Positions 30,115 to 32,000 of a DNA stretch of 32,000 nucleotides are shown here, one piece after another. Below the pieces are notes generated by a model, which saw nothing but the letters and a program-made list of their open reading frames with translations, was not told where the DNA came from and searched no databases. Position 1 is the first letter of the stretch, and each line of letters begins with the position of its first letter. The DNA comes from Vibrio cholerae ATCC 14035. Lineage in GTDB: Bacteria; Pseudomonadota; Gammaproteobacteria; Enterobacterales; Vibrionaceae. The stretch covers positions 37,290 to 69,289 of the forward strand of contig NZ_JHXR01000021.1 of NCBI RefSeq assembly GCF_000621645.1. Direction: 5' to 3'. The position numbers and the translations under genes were made by a program.

Positions 30115-31368
30115 GTGGCAAGCATTAAAATCACGGTAGATAGATTGCAACCCGGGCTCTACATTCGGTTGCCTGTCAAATGGAATGAACATCCCTTCCT
30201 ATTCAATAGCTTTAAGATCAAATCACAAGAGCAGATCCAACTGATCAAGCATCTTGGTATTCAGCACGTTTTTCTCAATCCGGGATTAAGCGATAGCCAG
30301 CCTTTACCGCCAAGCGTTGAAGAGGCAACTCCAGAAGAGGCTCTACCTCCGGTTGATAGTGAAGCGGAAAAGCTATGGCAGGAAAAGCAAACACGAATAG
30401 AGAAGCTCAACGAATATCGACGTCGAGTACAAACTTGTGAGAAAGAGTTTGAACGTTCTCTTGCTCGTATGCGTGCGGTAGTGAATAAAATTCGTAACCG
30501 CCCTTTAGATGCCGTCGGCGAAGCCATCATATTGGTCGATGATATCGTCGACAAATTGCTGAGTGATGATAATGTCACCTTGCATTTAATGAACAGCAAA
30601 AGTGAATTTGAAGATATCTATTTTCACTCTTTAAACGTGTCAGTCATTGCCATGATGATTGGTAAAGCGAGAGGCTTGCCTGCAGAAAGAATCAAAGAGT
30701 TGGCTTTTGCGGCGCTATTTCATGACATAGGCAAAGTGAGAGTGCCAACGGCGATCGTACGTAAAAAGACCCCATTAACGGAACCGGAAGAAAACTACTT
30801 ACGGCTGCATACCAAATACGGCATAGAGTTGGCCGATAATATAGAAACGTTTCCTGAAAGTGCTAAACGCGTCATCGAACAACATCACGAACTGCGAGAT
30901 GGTTCAGGCTATCCACTCGGCCTAAAAGGGGATGATATTGATGAGCTTGCGCAGATTGTGGCGGTAGCGAACGCGTTCGACAATCTTTGCCACCCCAATA
31001 TTCCTTCGGAACAAAAGATCCCGTACGTTGCTTTGTCTCATCTATTTAAGAATTGTAAGCATCTTTATAACGCGGAGAATTTAGGCATCTTAGTTAAGTT
31101 CATGGGGGTGTTCCCACCAGGAACTGTCGTACAGCTCTCTAATGATATGGTGGGGTTAGTCATTTCAGTGAATGCAAGTAGCCTCTTGTATCCGAATGTA
31201 CTGATTTATGATCCCTCAGTCCCGCGTTCTCAAGCGACGATAATTGATCTTGCAGACCGAGATCTGAAAATCGTCAATGCCATTTTACCGAACAAATTAC
31301 CTGATAAGGTTCGTGATTATCTTAACCCGCGTTCACGGATCTCATACTTCTTTGACAGCGAAGAGTAA
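30115..31368 (+). CDS. HD-GYP domain protein (putative c-di-GMP phosphodiesterase) with N-terminal DUF3391-like domain
   Basis: 417 aa with a GTG start. The HD motif is in LFHDIGK. An HHELRDGSGYP motif is also present. An acidic, proline-rich linker (PLPPSVEEATPEEALPPVDSEAE) and a coiled-coil-like segment separate the N-terminal domain from HD-GYP. Confidence 0.88.
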   Translation: MASIKITVDRLQPGLYIRLPVKWNEHPFLFNSFKIKSQEQIQLIKHLGIQHVFLNPGLSDSQPLPPSVEEATPEEALPPVDSEAEKLWQEKQTRIEKLNEYRRRVQTCEKEFERSLARMRAVVNKIRNRPLDAVGEAIILVDDIVDKLLSDDNVTLHLMNSKSEFEDIYFHSLNVSVIAMMIGKARGLPAERIKELAFAALFHDIGKVRVPTAIVRKKTPLTEPEENYLRLHTKYGIELADNIETFPESAKRVIEQHHELRDGSGYPLGLKGDDIDELAQIVAVANAFDNLCHPNIPSEQKIPYVALSHLFKNCKHLYNAENLGILVKFMGVFPPGTVVQLSNDMVGLVISVNASSLLYPNVLIYDPSVPRSQATIIDLADRDLKIVNAILPNKLPDKVRDYLNPRSRISYFFDSEE

Positions 31369-31399
31369 AAGAGATCCTTTTAGAGCATTTTGAGATTGA

Positions 31400-31425
31400 A
31401 TGGCGCTTAAATCGCGTCATTTTTA
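31400..31425 (+). terminator. candidate terminator after the HD-GYP gene
   Basis: ATGGCGC pairs with GCGTCAT (7 bp including one G.U) around a 7-nt loop, followed by a T5 run. Confidence 0.5.
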
Positions 31426-31507
31426 TGAGAGAAAGAGTGATAAATAAACGTCTTGTCGGTTTTGTGTTCGAACGAGCGTGTTTTAAGAAAAATTTGTGAT
31501 TAGGGAC

Positions 31508-31535
31508 TTGCATAAAAAAAGCAGCTCCCTATAAT
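31508..31535 (+). promoter_or_regulatory. rrn promoter P1
   Basis: TTGCAT, 16-nt spacer, TATAAT, followed by a GC-rich discriminator GCGCC. An AT-rich UP-like tract (AAGAAAAATTTGTGATTA) lies upstream. Confidence 0.8.
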
Positions 31536-31624
31536 GCGCCCTCACTGACACGGCAGACGTCACAAGGCCTCAAGGCTAGTCAGTGAGGCTAAAACGCTTC
31601 TATGAAGAAAGTTGAAAAAAGAGT

Positions 31625-31652
31625 TTGACTCTGACAATTATCTCGCTAGAAT
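31625..31652 (+). promoter_or_regulatory. rrn promoter P2
   Basis: TTGACT, 16-nt spacer, TAGAAT, about 117 bp downstream of P1. This is the classic tandem arrangement. Confidence 0.75.
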
Positions 31653-31661
31653 GCACAGCCT

Positions 31662-31729
31662 CTTCGGCAAGAAAGCCGAAGCAAAACGCTCTTTAACAAT
31701 ATAAACCAATCAATCTGTGTGGGCACTCG
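31662..31729 (+). promoter_or_regulatory. rrn antitermination leader (boxB hairpin, boxA, boxC)
   Basis: boxB-like hairpin CTTCGGC/GCCGAAG (31662-31681). boxA CGCTCTTTAACAA (31687-31699). boxC TCTGTGTGGGCACTCG (31714-31729). These nearly match the E. coli rrn leader. Confidence 0.88.
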
Positions 31730-31864
31730 TTGATGATAATCAAAAAAGATTTATCAATGAACTGAGTGACCATTTGAATGAGCAATCATTCAGCACAGTC
31801 AATTCACTATCGAAAGATAGTATCAGTATTCATTGAGCCGAAGCGAAAGCTTCATAAAACTTTT

Positions 31865-32000
31865 AATTGAAGAGTTTGATCATGGCTCAGATTGAACGCT
31901 GGCGGCAGGCCTAACACATGCAAGTCGAGCGGCAGCACAGAGGAACTTGTTCCTTGGGTGGCGAGCGGCGGACGGGTGAGTAATGCCTGGGAAATTGCCC
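31865..32000 (+). rRNA. rrs: 16S rRNA, 5' end (partial, continues beyond window)
   Basis: AATTGAAGAGTTTGATCATGGCTCAGATTGAACGCTGGCGGCAGGCCTAACACATGCAAGTCGAGCGGCAGCACAGAGGAACTTGTTCC... is a canonical gammaproteobacterial (Vibrio-type) 16S start. The 5' boundary is accurate to within a few nt. Confidence 0.97.

Noticed and set aside
29872-31425. tRNA-Leu followed by a lone signalling gene could mark a tRNA-integrated genomic island.
   Set aside because: No integrase is present and I saw no direct repeat of the tRNA 3' end downstream. No marked compositional shift was visible by eye, and the tRNA has its own terminator.

Overview
The partial 16S rRNA at the 3' end and strong co-linearity with E. 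coli identify this as conserved core chromosome of a Vibrio, most likely V. cholerae. I found no phage, integrase, toxin-antitoxin, CRISPR or defence genes, and no multi-gene system that I can defend as novel. Minus strand, 1-5754: rpoN (3'-truncated), lptB, lptA, lptC, kdsC, kdsD, yrbG. Plus strand, 6347-11714: mlaFEDCB, ibaG, murA, plsC. Then ridA, pyrI, pyrB and argF (minus); a PIN-PhoH (PhoH2-type) gene divergent from rapA-rluA; a D-2-hydroxyacid dehydrogenase; valS, holC, pepA (minus) divergent from lptF-lptG; an RDD membrane protein; tRNA-Leu(CAA); an HD-GYP protein; and the tandem promoters, antitermination leader and first ~136 nt of an rrn operon. The non-routine content is all non-coding or single-gene. 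(1) A 128-bp ERIC/IRU-like palindromic repeat sits in an unusually long (592 bp) yrbG-mlaF spacer, which also holds a 15-bp perfect palindrome. (2) A complete pyrBI leader-peptide attenuator is present. (3) A 14-bp perfect palindrome abuts the ribosome-binding site of the PIN-PhoH gene. (4) Terminators separate gene pairs usually treated as operons (rapA/rluA, pepA/holC). Several ORF-track starts were trimmed to signal-peptide- or orthologue-consistent starts. Many envelope genes here use GTG starts and overlapping stop/start junctions.
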